A stretch of DNA of 64,000 bases from Nanobdellota archaeon (GTDB lineage: Archaea > Nanobdellota > Nanobdellia > Woesearchaeales > UBA10107), in assembly GCA_042571125.1 (NCBI GenBank), contig JBHPFU010000001.1:259230-323229 (forward strand), read 5' to 3'. Positions 1 to 9,616 of this stretch are shown one piece after another (position 1 is the stretch's first letter; each line of letters opens with the position of its first letter). The position numbers and the translations under genes are program-made. Below the pieces are notes generated by a model. It was not told the origin of the DNA. It did no database searches and saw nothing but the letters and a program-made list of their open reading frames with translations.

Positions 1-135
1 TAAGCTTTATTTTGGAGGTTTTTCTGAAAGATTCAGAGATTTACTGAAGCATTTATAAATAGAGCCCCTTTTTTTCCTGTAGAAACAACCCTCTGAAACA
101 AAATCTTTATAAATGCCCGAATCTTTTCCATTAAA

Positions 136-1728
136 ATGCACACAACCGAATATAAGATTTTAGCTGTATTTCGTGAAAAACCACAGAACGAGCTCTCTAC
201 AGCAGAAATCGTCTCTTCTGTATTTCCTGACAAACATAAAAGAATTGAAACCGTTTTAGAAGATACGCTCTCTGGTAAAGAGAAGATTTCTGGTGCTAAA
301 CAAGAACTTGGCCAATTACATAGAAATGTTCTGCATCATCTGAATAAGTTAGTAAAAGAAGGCATATTAAGAGTAAGCAAAGAAGGATCAAAAGGTAAAA
401 AGTACTTCGTGCTTGCGATATCTGCGGGAGAAGAACTTGTTTTTGAAAAGCATAGGAAAAGAATTGTTATTTCTAAACCGAGCTTGCCTGCAATGCCAAT
501 CGAAGGACACGAACAAAAAGGAGTTGTTCATAAATTTGAGCAGGCCACCTGGATAGATCGATTAAACTCTGTTCTGTTCGAATGTACAAAATTCGAGACA
601 TTTGGGGATCTTCTAGATGTAATCTTTGAATCATTCTCTTCTGTGAACGATGTTTTAGGTTTGAATGAATTCGAAACATTAACTGGAGATACTTTTTCCT
701 TTTTCCAAAAATTAGAAACAGAATGCGAAGATTATGGAAAAAAAGTAAATGTAATCATAAACCTATTTAATCTAAATCCAACAAAGAAAGAAAAAATAAT
801 AGCAATAGTATTAGATTTCATTAGAGTAAAACCAAAAAACATAGATATTGTATTTAACATAAAAAGCAGAGCGCTAACAAAAGAACCAGAGTTTTTTGAA
901 CGTATATTTAATGAATTTATTGAATCAAAACAAGAACTGCACATTAAAAATCAAGATTTAGTAGAAGCACCATGGATGATTGGAAGAGCAGGACCTTACA
1001 CATTTGATAAAGAAGAATGGCAGACATACCAGACAAAAATAAAAGGAAAAACATACGGTCTATCCTGCGCGCAGTCGACATTTGTTGTTGATGTTGCGTC
1101 ATTTCTAAAAGAAAACAAAAACTTAAACGAATTTAGAACATTTATCATGAATGTTGCTAAATCTTTGCTCTCTGTAAACTCAATACAAAGAAAAAGATCA
1201 GAAGAATTTTTTAGAAATTTAATCAAGCTGAATAAAGAGAATAGCAGAGAGTTCTTCATGTTCAGCAGGAATTACATTCGATTCTGGAACTACGGCTGGA
1301 AACAACCTGATATTGATCAAGATTACGTCTTAGATCTGATTAAAAGTACAAGAGAAGAAGTTGCCGAGTTTTCTGCTTCAGAAGAAACAATCTACAAATC
1401 CGTAGGAATGCCTACTAGATTTAAGATAGCTTTCGCACCAGGATTTGCAGAGGTTGCACAGCTTAGCGAAGGAAAATACGAAAAAATACAGATTGGAAGA
1501 TCAGATGATATAAATTCAAAAGAGATTAAGGAAGCATTATTGTCTAAAGAAAAGATATCTTCCTTATTCGATGGAGGAGATGCTGCAACATTTTACAGAG
1601 CAGAGGGAGCAAAACCAGAAGATATATCGAGGGAGCTGATCGCTATCATGAATACGTATAATCTCCCTTTCTTTAGTTATGATTTCGGAGGCATAAAAGC
1701 AGATCAAAAATTAACAAGTTTTATCTAA
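136..1728 (+). CDS. Large protein with N-terminal winged helix-turn-helix domain, C-terminal region of unknown function
   Basis: N-terminal 'ELSTAEIV...LHRNVLHHLNKLVKEGILRVSKEGSKGKKYF' fits an ArsR/MarR-like wHTH; TATA-like TTTATAAAT at ~106; 1-nt gap to next gene. Confidence 0.65.
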   Translation: MHTTEYKILAVFREKPQNELSTAEIVSSVFPDKHKRIETVLEDTLSGKEKISGAKQELGQLHRNVLHHLNKLVKEGILRVSKEGSKGKKYFVLAISAGEELVFEKHRKRIVISKPSLPAMPIEGHEQKGVVHKFEQATWIDRLNSVLFECTKFETFGDLLDVIFESFSSVNDVLGLNEFETLTGDTFSFFQKLETECEDYGKKVNVIINLFNLNPTKKEKIIAIVLDFIRVKPKNIDIVFNIKSRALTKEPEFFERIFNEFIESKQELHIKNQDLVEAPWMIGRAGPYTFDKEEWQTYQTKIKGKTYGLSCAQSTFVVDVASFLKENKNLNEFRTFIMNVAKSLLSVNSIQRKRSEEFFRNLIKLNKENSREFFMFSRNYIRFWNYGWKQPDIDQDYVLDLIKSTREEVAEFSASEETIYKSVGMPTRFKIAFAPGFAEVAQLSEGKYEKIQIGRSDDINSKEIKEALLSKEKISSLFDGGDAATFYRAEGAKPEDISRELIAIMNTYNLPFFSYDFGGIKADQKLTSFI

Positions 1729-1729
1729 A

Positions 1730-2380
1730 ATGGAAATCGAAGAAAAAACAACATTAAGGGCATGGAAAGAAGCGTTGAAGAAAACAATAGACTTTGGCTC
1801 CGATTTCATTGATGTAGATAAAAGAAAGTGTAGACAGGCCTTAAATTTGCTTGTTAAGATAGATAATCCCGAAGCAGATATCAAAAAACCTGTTCAGCTA
1901 ATGAACGCTTTCAAAAAATGGGAATACCCCCCTATGGATGAACTTGCAAATATTATGTTGTCTAAAAAAGTAAGTTCTGCATATGTTTACAGTTATGGGT
2001 CTAGATTGTTTAATTTTTCTAAAGAAGTAGACCAGATTGATAAGTTTGTTGTTCCTTTGCTTAAGAAAGATCCTACGTCCCGAAGAGCTTTTGTTGTTGT
2101 TTGGGATCCTAAGATTGACGCGAATCTAGTAAGCAAAGAAGTTCCAGGATTAGTTTCAATTGATTTTAAGATTCATGAAGGAAAGCTACACTTAACAGCA
2201 ACAATTCGAAGTAATGATATGTTTTTTGGCTGGCCAGCGAATATTTACCAGTTATTTGTTCTGCAGAAATATGTTGCTGATAAATTAGATGCGGGGATAG
2301 GATCATTATCTACCTTCTCAACATCTGCGCATATATTTGAAGAACATTTTGAAGATATAAGAGAAATTATTGAATCCTGA
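1730..2380 (+). CDS. Thymidylate synthase-fold protein (archaeal short type), catalytic Cys replaced by Gly
   Basis: Motifs YSYGSRL, PTSRRA, RSNDMFFGWPAN, SAHIF; the usual PC catalytic motif reads VPGL. Confidence 0.85.
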   Translation: MEIEEKTTLRAWKEALKKTIDFGSDFIDVDKRKCRQALNLLVKIDNPEADIKKPVQLMNAFKKWEYPPMDELANIMLSKKVSSAYVYSYGSRLFNFSKEVDQIDKFVVPLLKKDPTSRRAFVVVWDPKIDANLVSKEVPGLVSIDFKIHEGKLHLTATIRSNDMFFGWPANIYQLFVLQKYVADKLDAGIGSLSTFSTSAHIFEEHFEDIREIIES

Positions 2381-3320
2381 ATTTTTCAACATTTTTTATT
2401 TTAAAAATAATTATCTCTTTTTTATCATATTTTACAATAACTTCATCTTTATCTGCATCAGAATATCTTGCTGTTAATTTTGCTGCCAACTCGATTGCTT
2501 TTTTTGTTGGTTTGCCTTGTAATAATGTTGTTGGCCCCACAAAATCTTTTGCTTCTAATTTCAAACCTTTTTGTTTTACTAATATGTCATTATCTACTTT
2601 GTTCCTTCCTACAATTATCTTGTTTTTTCCAAGTCTGAAATGTCTTCCAACTTTTAATAATTTTATGTCATCCACAGAAACAGTCTTGCTGTTCTTGAAC
2701 AGGTCTCTTAATTTGTTTGAATATTCTTCTGTTGTCAGCAAGCATCCGCCGCCCGGAGTCTCAAATTCTTTTATCTTAAATTTTTTTACCAGTTCAAACT
2801 GTCTTTTTCTTGTTCTTCCTCTGATATCCATCAATTTATTTCTATCAACAAAACCTTTTTTTTCTGCTTCTGTTTCTTTCAGCAATTTTGCAGACAAAGG
2901 CCTTAATAATTTTCCAGTCAAACCTGCTTCTTTTTCTACTATTCTTAAAGATCCTCTGTTTTGGCTCATTGGACGTTCATCAAGAACTTCTCCTGTAAAA
3001 ACAAACTTTGCTTTGATCTTTTTTGCGTACCCCTTGGCTTTTTTTAGCATAAAAGCATGACAATCAATGCAAGGATTCATGTTTTTCCCATGACCATGTT
3101 TTGGTTTCTTTACAATTTTGAAATATTCAGGACCAAATTCAATGAATTTTACCTTGAATTTGTGTTTTTTTGCTGTTTTTTCCAATGTTTTTTTCTTTTC
3201 ATCAGAAATAAAAAATGGAGAGCGAAAAGAAACCGCAATTACTTCAAAACCTTGCTTTTGAATTAATTTAATTGCTAGTAAAGAATCCAATCCTCCTGAG
3301 AACAAACCAACAGCTTTCAT
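2367..3320 (-). CDS. PP-loop tRNA thiouridine synthase-like protein (ThiI/MnmA-related, DUF814-type C-terminus)
   Basis: SGGLDS PP-loop, NPCIDCH, TGEVLDERPMSQ, PGGGCLLT, GRHFR. Confidence 0.8.
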   Translation of the reverse strand: MKAVGLFSGGLDSLLAIKLIQKQGFEVIAVSFRSPFFISDEKKKTLEKTAKKHKFKVKFIEFGPEYFKIVKKPKHGHGKNMNPCIDCHAFMLKKAKGYAKKIKAKFVFTGEVLDERPMSQNRGSLRIVEKEAGLTGKLLRPLSAKLLKETEAEKKGFVDRNKLMDIRGRTRKRQFELVKKFKIKEFETPGGGCLLTTEEYSNKLRDLFKNSKTVSVDDIKLLKVGRHFRLGKNKIIVGRNKVDNDILVKQKGLKLEAKDFVGPTTLLQGKPTKKAIELAAKLTARYSDADKDEVIVKYDKKEIIIFKIKNVEKFRIQ

Positions 3321-3511
3321 TTGATTATTTTAATACACTGAACAGGACATCCGTCTGCCGCATCCTGATTGCAGCCGATATCATCTACTTCTGTTTCGAT
3401 TGGGGTTGATTTACCATCTTCTTTTAATTCCCAGTTTTCAGGACAGACAGCAGCGCATGCTCCGCAACCGATGCATTTTTCTCTGTCAATCTCAATCTTT
3501 ATCTTTGTCAT
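3317..3511 (-). CDS. Single-cluster ferredoxin
   Basis: CIGCGACAAVCP...CPVQCI; ATG at 3511 preferred over upstream TTG. Confidence 0.9.
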   Translation of the reverse strand: MTKIKIEIDREKCIGCGACAAVCPENWELKEDGKSTPIETEVDDIGCNQDAADGCPVQCIKIIK

Positions 3512-3512
3512 T

Positions 3513-3749
3513 TTATTCAATTCCTAATGCTTTCTTTAACTCTTCTTTATCAAAACCAATTATTATCTTGCCGTCAATATCAATCACAGGCACAGCCATC
3601 TGTCCTGATTTTTCTATCGCGTCTTTTGCTTTCTGTTTGTCCTGAGAAACATCATAGTCAACAAATTCTATGTTATTCTCTTTAAGGAAGTCTTTTGCCA
3701 TAACGCAGTATGGGCAAGTTGGTGTTGAATAAACAATAACTTCAACCAT
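3513..3749 (-). CDS. Glutaredoxin-like protein (NrdH/YruB type)
   Basis: YSTPTCPYC, GQMAVPVI, IIGFD; AGGTGA RBS upstream. Confidence 0.9.
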   Translation of the reverse strand: MVEVIVYSTPTCPYCVMAKDFLKENNIEFVDYDVSQDKQKAKDAIEKSGQMAVPVIDIDGKIIIGFDKEELKKALGIE

Positions 3750-3849
3750 TTTATCACCTTTTACTTGTTTTATTTTTCATGTTTTTAAAGGTTTTGAAAT
3801 TCACAGCGTTAAGGAAAGATTTTTAAATAAACTGCAGATTTAAAGGTAT

Positions 3850-4977
3850 ATGAGAAAAATACTATTTTTAGCTTTGTTTTTAGTTTTAGCTAGTACTGTT
3901 TATGCACAGAACGAATCAGTTGACATTTATTATTTTGCTGGGCAAGGATGCCCTAACTGTGTAAAAATGGAAACTTTCTTAGAAGATATAATTGAGGAAA
4001 ATCCCCATGTAACCGTCTTTAAGTATGAGATATATTTTGATAACAATAATCGGCAATTATTTTATGCAATGGCTGATGCGTACGGCGTAGATATTGAAGG
4101 CGTACCAACTCTTTTTATCGATAAAAAAGTATTTGTAGGTTTTTCAGGAACAATCGCAACAGAACTTTACAAAGAAATTGAAAGATGTTCTGTTGAATCT
4201 TGTATTTCTCCAGCAGATAAAGTCGGAGGAGAAGACGGGGTATCACAGATAGTTGCCGACGCATCTCCAGAAAGAATTGAAAAATTAAGAGCATTAACAC
4301 TCGGTGCTGTCATTGGTGCAGCCACTGTTGATGCGATAAATCCATGCGCATTTGCTGTCTTGATTATATTATTAACAGCAATTCTAGGAGCAAGCAGTAA
4401 AAGAAGAGCACTTGGAGCAGGATTAGCATTTACACTCGCAATATTCATCTCCTATTTCCTAATGGGTTTTGGTTTGTACTCAGCAATACAGATATCAGGT
4501 ATAACGCACTTGTTTTATGCAATTGTTGCTGTCCTAGCGATTCTTGTCGGTTTATTTAATCTTAAAGATTATTTATGGTATGGAAAATGGTTTGTTATGG
4601 AAGTTCCTTTGTCATGGCGTCCTAAAATGAAGATGCTTCTTAAAGGAGTGACTTCAATACCTGGAGCATTTTTGATTGGTTTTGTTGTTAGTTTATTCTT
4701 GCTGCCCTGCACATCAGGACCCTATATTGTAATTTTAGGATTATTAGCGCACACAACAACAAAAGCAACCGCAATCGGCTGGTTGCTGATTTATAATTTG
4801 ATCTTTGTAATCCCTATGCTGGTCATAACTGCATTAATCTATTTCGGATTCACAACAACAGAAAAAGCAGAAGAATGGAGACAAACAAAACTAAAAGTAC
4901 TGCATTTGATTGCAGGAATAATCATATTATTATTAGGTATTGGTATGTTAGTCGCAATGGCGCTTGGAATGATTTAA
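3850..4977 (+). CDS. CcdA/DsbD-family membrane electron transporter with N-terminal exported thioredoxin-like domain
   Basis: Signal peptide, CPNC and VPT thioredoxin motifs, DAINPCAF and LPCTSGPY transmembrane Cys motifs, about 6 TM helices. Confidence 0.85.
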   Translation: MRKILFLALFLVLASTVYAQNESVDIYYFAGQGCPNCVKMETFLEDIIEENPHVTVFKYEIYFDNNNRQLFYAMADAYGVDIEGVPTLFIDKKVFVGFSGTIATELYKEIERCSVESCISPADKVGGEDGVSQIVADASPERIEKLRALTLGAVIGAATVDAINPCAFAVLIILLTAILGASSKRRALGAGLAFTLAIFISYFLMGFGLYSAIQISGITHLFYAIVAVLAILVGLFNLKDYLWYGKWFVMEVPLSWRPKMKMLLKGVTSIPGAFLIGFVVSLFLLPCTSGPYIVILGLLAHTTTKATAIGWLLIYNLIFVIPMLVITALIYFGFTTTEKAEEWRQTKLKVLHLIAGIIILLLGIGMLVAMALGMI

Positions 4978-5033
4978 ATGGAAAGATTTAAAAATAAGAA
5001 AAGTATATAAAAATTGGGGGTTAAGTGATAAAA

Positions 5034-5804
5034 ATGACAAAAAAACATAAAAAGCTTAAAATGACTAAAAAAGACGTCTGGAGGGTATCTACTATTGTTT
5101 TAGGAGTACTATTGCTAATCTCTCTTTTTACAAGCGGATTTAGTTCTTTAAACGCAGTCTCAGAAGATGTTGCCGTAGAAAAAGCAGTCAGTTTCATAAA
5201 TGCAAACTTATTGCAGCCAGGAACAACAGCGCAGCTTGTTGAAGTAACAAGTGAAGGTGGGCTGTATAACTTACATCTTGATATTGGCGGAAGAACATAT
5301 AATTCTTTTATCACAAAAGACGCTAAAATACTTTGTCCGAGTGCGATTCCTTTAGAAGCAGCAATGACAGAAGTAACAGGTTCCGCAGTTGAACAAACAT
5401 CTGTTGATGTAGAAGGAATTAATACATTCTCAGCAACAGGCGATGAACTTTGTACTGAAAATGGAAAACCAGTTGTAAGATTATTCACAACAACATGGTG
5501 CCCGCACTGTACTTGGATCAAAGATACATACGACAGCGTTGTTAAAGAGTATGTTGATTCTGGAAAGATTGTTGCGTATCATTGGGAAGTTGACACTGGC
5601 GACAATACCCTAACAACAGACGTAGAAACAGACGTTCCTGAATTAGAAATGGGAGTTTACAGAAAATACAACCCTGGCGGATCAATTCCAACATTTGTAT
5701 TTGGATGTGAATACTCAAGAACCGGAAACGGATACGAAGGATCTGGAACTCTAGCTGACGAAGAAGCTGAGTTTAGAGCTGTTATCGAAGATCTGTTAGC
5801 ATAA
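5034..5804 (+). CDS. Membrane-anchored thioredoxin-fold protein
   Basis: N-terminal TM anchor; FTTTWCPHC and SIPTF cis-Pro motif. Confidence 0.8.
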   Translation: MTKKHKKLKMTKKDVWRVSTIVLGVLLLISLFTSGFSSLNAVSEDVAVEKAVSFINANLLQPGTTAQLVEVTSEGGLYNLHLDIGGRTYNSFITKDAKILCPSAIPLEAAMTEVTGSAVEQTSVDVEGINTFSATGDELCTENGKPVVRLFTTTWCPHCTWIKDTYDSVVKEYVDSGKIVAYHWEVDTGDNTLTTDVETDVPELEMGVYRKYNPGGSIPTFVFGCEYSRTGNGYEGSGTLADEEAEFRAVIEDLLA

Positions 5805-5842
5805 ACAAAACCTTTTTATACACTTTTTCTTTTTTTCTTTTT

Positions 5843-6586
5843 ATGTTCACACACAACATAGATCCTGTTTTATTTAATCTATTCGGATTAGAGATAAGAT
5901 ACTATGGAGTTGTCTTTTTAGTAGGATTCATTATTGCTTATTTTTTCCTGAATTTCTTGGCAAAAGAAAGAAAATTAAAGATAAAAAAAGATGATGTGTT
6001 AGATCTTCTTGTTTACATTGCGGTTGGTGCTGTGATTGGTGCAAGAATCCTGCATGTTTTAGAAGAGTTCAGTTTTTACATTTCAAATCCTTCCGAAATT
6101 ATAGCAATTTGGCACGGAGGCCTATCGTTTTACGGAGCAGCAGTCGGAGCAGCTCTAACCGGTTTATTATTTTGTAAGAAAAAGAAGATTAAATTCTATG
6201 ATATTGCAGACATGCTAGTCATTCCTTTAGCACTTGGGTTAGCTATGGGCAGGATATCAAATTTCATAAATGCAGAGCTATACGGAAAAATAACAGATCT
6301 TAACTGGTGCGTAAACTTTCCGAACGCAGAAGGATGCAGACATCCATCACAGATATATGAATCTTTCAAGAATCTAGCAATCTTTTTTGTCCTATTTTTT
6401 AGTAGGAATAAAAAACTCCCAAAAGGGGCTCTGTTCTGGTCTTTCATAACATTATATTCTTTCTTAAGGTTCTTTATGGAGTTCTTCAGAGAGCAAACGG
6501 CTCTCTTTTTAGGGCTTAGTGTATCTCAATTCTTAGCAATACTCGCCTTTATCACAGGATTGTTTTTTCTCATTAAAAAGAAGTAA
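5843..6586 (+). CDS. lgt: Prolipoprotein diacylglyceryl transferase
   Basis: IRYYG, IGARI, WHGGLSFYG, GRISNFINAELYG, HPSQIYE, RFFMEFFR motifs of bacterial Lgt. Confidence 0.92.
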   Translation: MFTHNIDPVLFNLFGLEIRYYGVVFLVGFIIAYFFLNFLAKERKLKIKKDDVLDLLVYIAVGAVIGARILHVLEEFSFYISNPSEIIAIWHGGLSFYGAAVGAALTGLLFCKKKKIKFYDIADMLVIPLALGLAMGRISNFINAELYGKITDLNWCVNFPNAEGCRHPSQIYESFKNLAIFFVLFFSRNKKLPKGALFWSFITLYSFLRFFMEFFREQTALFLGLSVSQFLAILAFITGLFFLIKKK

Positions 6587-6643
6587 GTATATACTATATT
6601 TACCAAACTTATATATATCATTATTTGGAGTTTCAAAATTAAG

Positions 6644-6802
6644 ATGGCTGACGAATACGAAGAATTTGAAGGATATTCAGATAAAAAATCCGAGGACCAG
6701 CTAGAAGACGACGAAGTAAGCGCAGGCGAAGAAGGCTTCATGAGAGGATACGAAGAAGCTGACGAAATAGAGAAGAGCGCTGAAGAGGAAGACGAAGAAT
6801 AG
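6644..6802 (+). CDS. Small very acidic protein (52 aa), not in ORF track
   Basis: MADEYEEFEGYSDKKSEDQLEDDEVSAGEEGFMRGYEEADEIEKSAEEEDEE; TTATATATA box ~30 nt upstream; fills the intergenic gap. Confidence 0.75.
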   Translation: MADEYEEFEGYSDKKSEDQLEDDEVSAGEEGFMRGYEEADEIEKSAEEEDEE

Positions 6803-6886
6803 AGGGGTCCAGACTTCTTATACACACCACTCTCTTGTTCTATTAAAAACATAAAATTAATATATAGAGCGAATTTAAGCTAGCTT

Positions 6887-8566
6887 ATGAACAAGTTTGA
6901 AGAAGCAATAAGAAAGGGATTAAAAGAGGCTAGAATTGATAATATCGAGCTGGAAGTACCTCCAGATTCTTCTATGGGAGACTATGCCTTTCCCTGTTTT
7001 GCATTAAGCAAGAAATTTAAGAAATCACCAAATGAGATCGCTCAGGACCTAGCAAGAAAAATAAAACTAAGTACTTTAATAAAAAGGATAGAGATCAAAG
7101 GACCTTATCTTAATTTCTTTATCAATAAAGCAAAGCTAGCTCAAGCCACCCTGGAGAACATTTACAAAAACAAAGAAAAGTATGGTTCTGGTCCTGAAAA
7201 AAAGGATAATATTTTGGTTGAGTATAGCGGACCTAATTCAAACAAACCTCTTCACGTAGGTCATATCCGTAATAATGTTCTTGGGATGGCTCTTGGAAAT
7301 ATCCTGAAGTTTAATGGTCATAAAACAGTTCTTGCAAATCTTGTGAATGATCGCGGAGTACATATCTGTAAATCAATGCTTGCGTATCAGAAATGGGGCA
7401 AGAACGAAAAACCAAAAGGAAAACCGGATCATTTTGTCGGAAAATATTATCAGATGTTCTCAAAGAAAGCTAATGAAAAATTAGAAAAGGAAAATCAAGA
7501 ATTATTAAATAAATGGGAAGCTAAAGATCCTGAGACAATTAAGATTTGGAGAAAAATGAATGATTGGGCAATCAAAGGAATGAAAGAGACGTATAAAAGA
7601 ATGGGAACTAAGTTTGATGTGTGGTATATGGAATCAGACTTCTTCGACAAAGCAGATCTTGTTTTGAATCTTGGAGTTAAAAAAGGTTTATTTGTTAAGG
7701 ATGAAACAGGAGCGATTGTTGCTGATCTGGAAAAGCATGGTTTGCCAAATAAAACAGTGTTAAGAGCAGACGGAACTTCTATTTATTTAACAAATGATTT
7801 GGCTTTAACACCATACAAATACGAGAGCAACGATATAACAAAAGCAACATGGGTTGTAGGATCTGCTCAAAATCTTTATTTCAAACAATTATTCAAGATT
7901 TTAGATTTATTGGGTTACAAATGGGCAAAAAATTGTCATCATTTCAGCCACGGAATGGTTTACCTGCCAGAAGGAAAGATGAGCTCTAGAGAAGGAACAG
8001 TTGTAAATGCTGATGATCTCATCGATAAAGTTGTTGGAGTATCTAAAAAAGAGATTAAAAGAAGACATAAAGACCTATCTGCTAAAGAGATAGATAAACG
8101 AGCAGAAATAATCGGATTGGCTGCTATCAAATTCTACATGCTTCGTATTGATGCTCACAGAGATACGACTTTTGACTGGGACAAAGCATTGGATTTTGAA
8201 GGAGAGACAGGAACGTACCTACTTTACACATATGCAAGAGCAGGGTCTGTTTTAAGAAAGAGTAAAAAGAAAGCTTCTGTAAAAGTTAAATTTGATTTAT
8301 TAGAAAAAGATGTTGAGCAAAAGATAATCGATTTACTTGAACAATTCCCTTCTGTTGTTCAGGAAGCTGCGAATTATAAACCTGCTTTGGTTTCTAGATA
8401 TCTTGTTGATCTGTCCCAAGCATTTAATGAGTTTTATCATTCATGTCAAATTCTTAAAGAAGAAAAAGATTTGAAAGAAGCAAGATTATTATTAACAGAT
8501 TCTGTTAAACAAGTTTTATCTAATGGGCTTGGTTTGCTTGGTATTGAGACAATTGAAAAGATGTAG
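6887..8566 (+). CDS. argS: Arginine--tRNA ligase
   Basis: GDYAFPCF, PNSNKPLHVGHIRN (HIGH), KMSSREG, FEGETGTYLLYTYAR, EKM C-terminus. Confidence 0.97.
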   Translation: MNKFEEAIRKGLKEARIDNIELEVPPDSSMGDYAFPCFALSKKFKKSPNEIAQDLARKIKLSTLIKRIEIKGPYLNFFINKAKLAQATLENIYKNKEKYGSGPEKKDNILVEYSGPNSNKPLHVGHIRNNVLGMALGNILKFNGHKTVLANLVNDRGVHICKSMLAYQKWGKNEKPKGKPDHFVGKYYQMFSKKANEKLEKENQELLNKWEAKDPETIKIWRKMNDWAIKGMKETYKRMGTKFDVWYMESDFFDKADLVLNLGVKKGLFVKDETGAIVADLEKHGLPNKTVLRADGTSIYLTNDLALTPYKYESNDITKATWVVGSAQNLYFKQLFKILDLLGYKWAKNCHHFSHGMVYLPEGKMSSREGTVVNADDLIDKVVGVSKKEIKRRHKDLSAKEIDKRAEIIGLAAIKFYMLRIDAHRDTTFDWDKALDFEGETGTYLLYTYARAGSVLRKSKKKASVKVKFDLLEKDVEQKIIDLLEQFPSVVQEAANYKPALVSRYLVDLSQAFNEFYHSCQILKEEKDLKEARLLLTDSVKQVLSNGLGLLGIETIEKM

Positions 8567-8572
8567 GGTTCT

Positions 8573-9349
8573 ATGAAATTAATTAAAATTCCATTTGGTG
8601 GCGGAGGATTAGGAAAAGGAGATGGAGCCAAAGATGCACCAGATAAGATTATAGATTCTATGAAAGAGATGTATCTTAATGAGAATGGTCTAAAACCAGA
8701 TTTTGATATTGATTCTGTATCTGTTGATAATAATAATATTGGAGACAGTCATAAATCAATCTATGAGAAAGTAAAATCATTAAATTCAAAAGCTATTCTT
8801 TTGGGAGGAGATCATTCAATTACTGGCCCAGCTTTCAAGGGGTTCGCTGAGAATAACGAAGGCCCAGGATTAATCGTATTTGACGCACATCCAGATCTAA
8901 TGGAATCCATAGGACCGGATTCACATGAGGACTGGTTAAGATCGTTGATTACCTCGGGGATCGTTGATAAAAGCAAAGTAATAATCATAGGATTAAGAAA
9001 CTGGGACGGACAAGAAAAAGAATTCCTAGAATTAAACAAAATCAGATATTTTAACATGAAGCAAGTTTTCAGCAACAAACATGTCTGCGATACTGTGATG
9101 GAAACAGTAAGAAAATGGCAATCTTTCTACTTATCTATTGATATTGATGTTATTGATCCTGGATTTGCCCCGGGAACAGGATATCAGGAACCTGGCGGAC
9201 TAAGCTCGAGAGAAATGATATATTTTATACAGCGGATTAAAATGCTTAAGAATCTCGGAATGATTGACCTTGTAGAGGTTAACCCCTCCCAAGATAATAA
9301 CGATTTAACGGTTAAACTGGCTGGAAAGCTTGTTTTCGAGCTTTTCTAG
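8573..9349 (+). CDS. Arginase/agmatinase family ureohydrolase
   Basis: GGDHS, DAHPD, SIDIDVIDPGFAPGTG, EPGGL, VEVNP. Confidence 0.92.
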   Translation: MKLIKIPFGGGGLGKGDGAKDAPDKIIDSMKEMYLNENGLKPDFDIDSVSVDNNNIGDSHKSIYEKVKSLNSKAILLGGDHSITGPAFKGFAENNEGPGLIVFDAHPDLMESIGPDSHEDWLRSLITSGIVDKSKVIIIGLRNWDGQEKEFLELNKIRYFNMKQVFSNKHVCDTVMETVRKWQSFYLSIDIDVIDPGFAPGTGYQEPGGLSSREMIYFIQRIKMLKNLGMIDLVEVNPSQDNNDLTVKLAGKLVFELF

Positions 9350-9401
9350 CTTTCTAAACCTGTACGAAAGCTTTTTAAATGACTATTATTTCTTTAAAAC
9401 C

Positions 9402-9587
9402 ATGGGACGGATAAAGACTTCATTGATAAAACGTGTAACAAAGGAACTAGTAGATAAACATAGAGAAGAACTTAAAGGAACATTTGACGAAAACAAAAAT
9501 CTAGTAGCACAGTTTACAGATGTAACATCAAAGAAACTGCGAAATGTTATCGCAGGATATGTGACTCGATTGATTAAAAGCGAATAA
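9402..9587 (+). CDS. rps17e: 30S ribosomal protein eS17
   Basis: MGRIKT...FDENK...SKKLRNVIAGYVTR; start at ATG 9402. Confidence 0.95.
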   Translation: MGRIKTSLIKRVTKELVDKHREELKGTFDENKNLVAQFTDVTSKKLRNVIAGYVTRLIKSE

Positions 9588-9616
9588 TTATCAGTAATAA
9601 CTAGCGAGGTGGAGAA

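Noticed and set aside
1730-2380. Calling this a functional thyA
   Set aside because: The catalytic Cys is absent (VPGL), so no gene symbol was given.
5843-6586. Lgt inactivation because GGxSFHG reads GGLSFYG
   Set aside because: Tyr at this position occurs in bacterial Lgt proteins, and the other essential Arg/Glu motifs are intact.
6526-6852. 108-aa Ser-rich minus-strand ORF
   Set aside because: It is the antisense shadow of the GAA/GAC-rich acidic ORF at 6644-6802.
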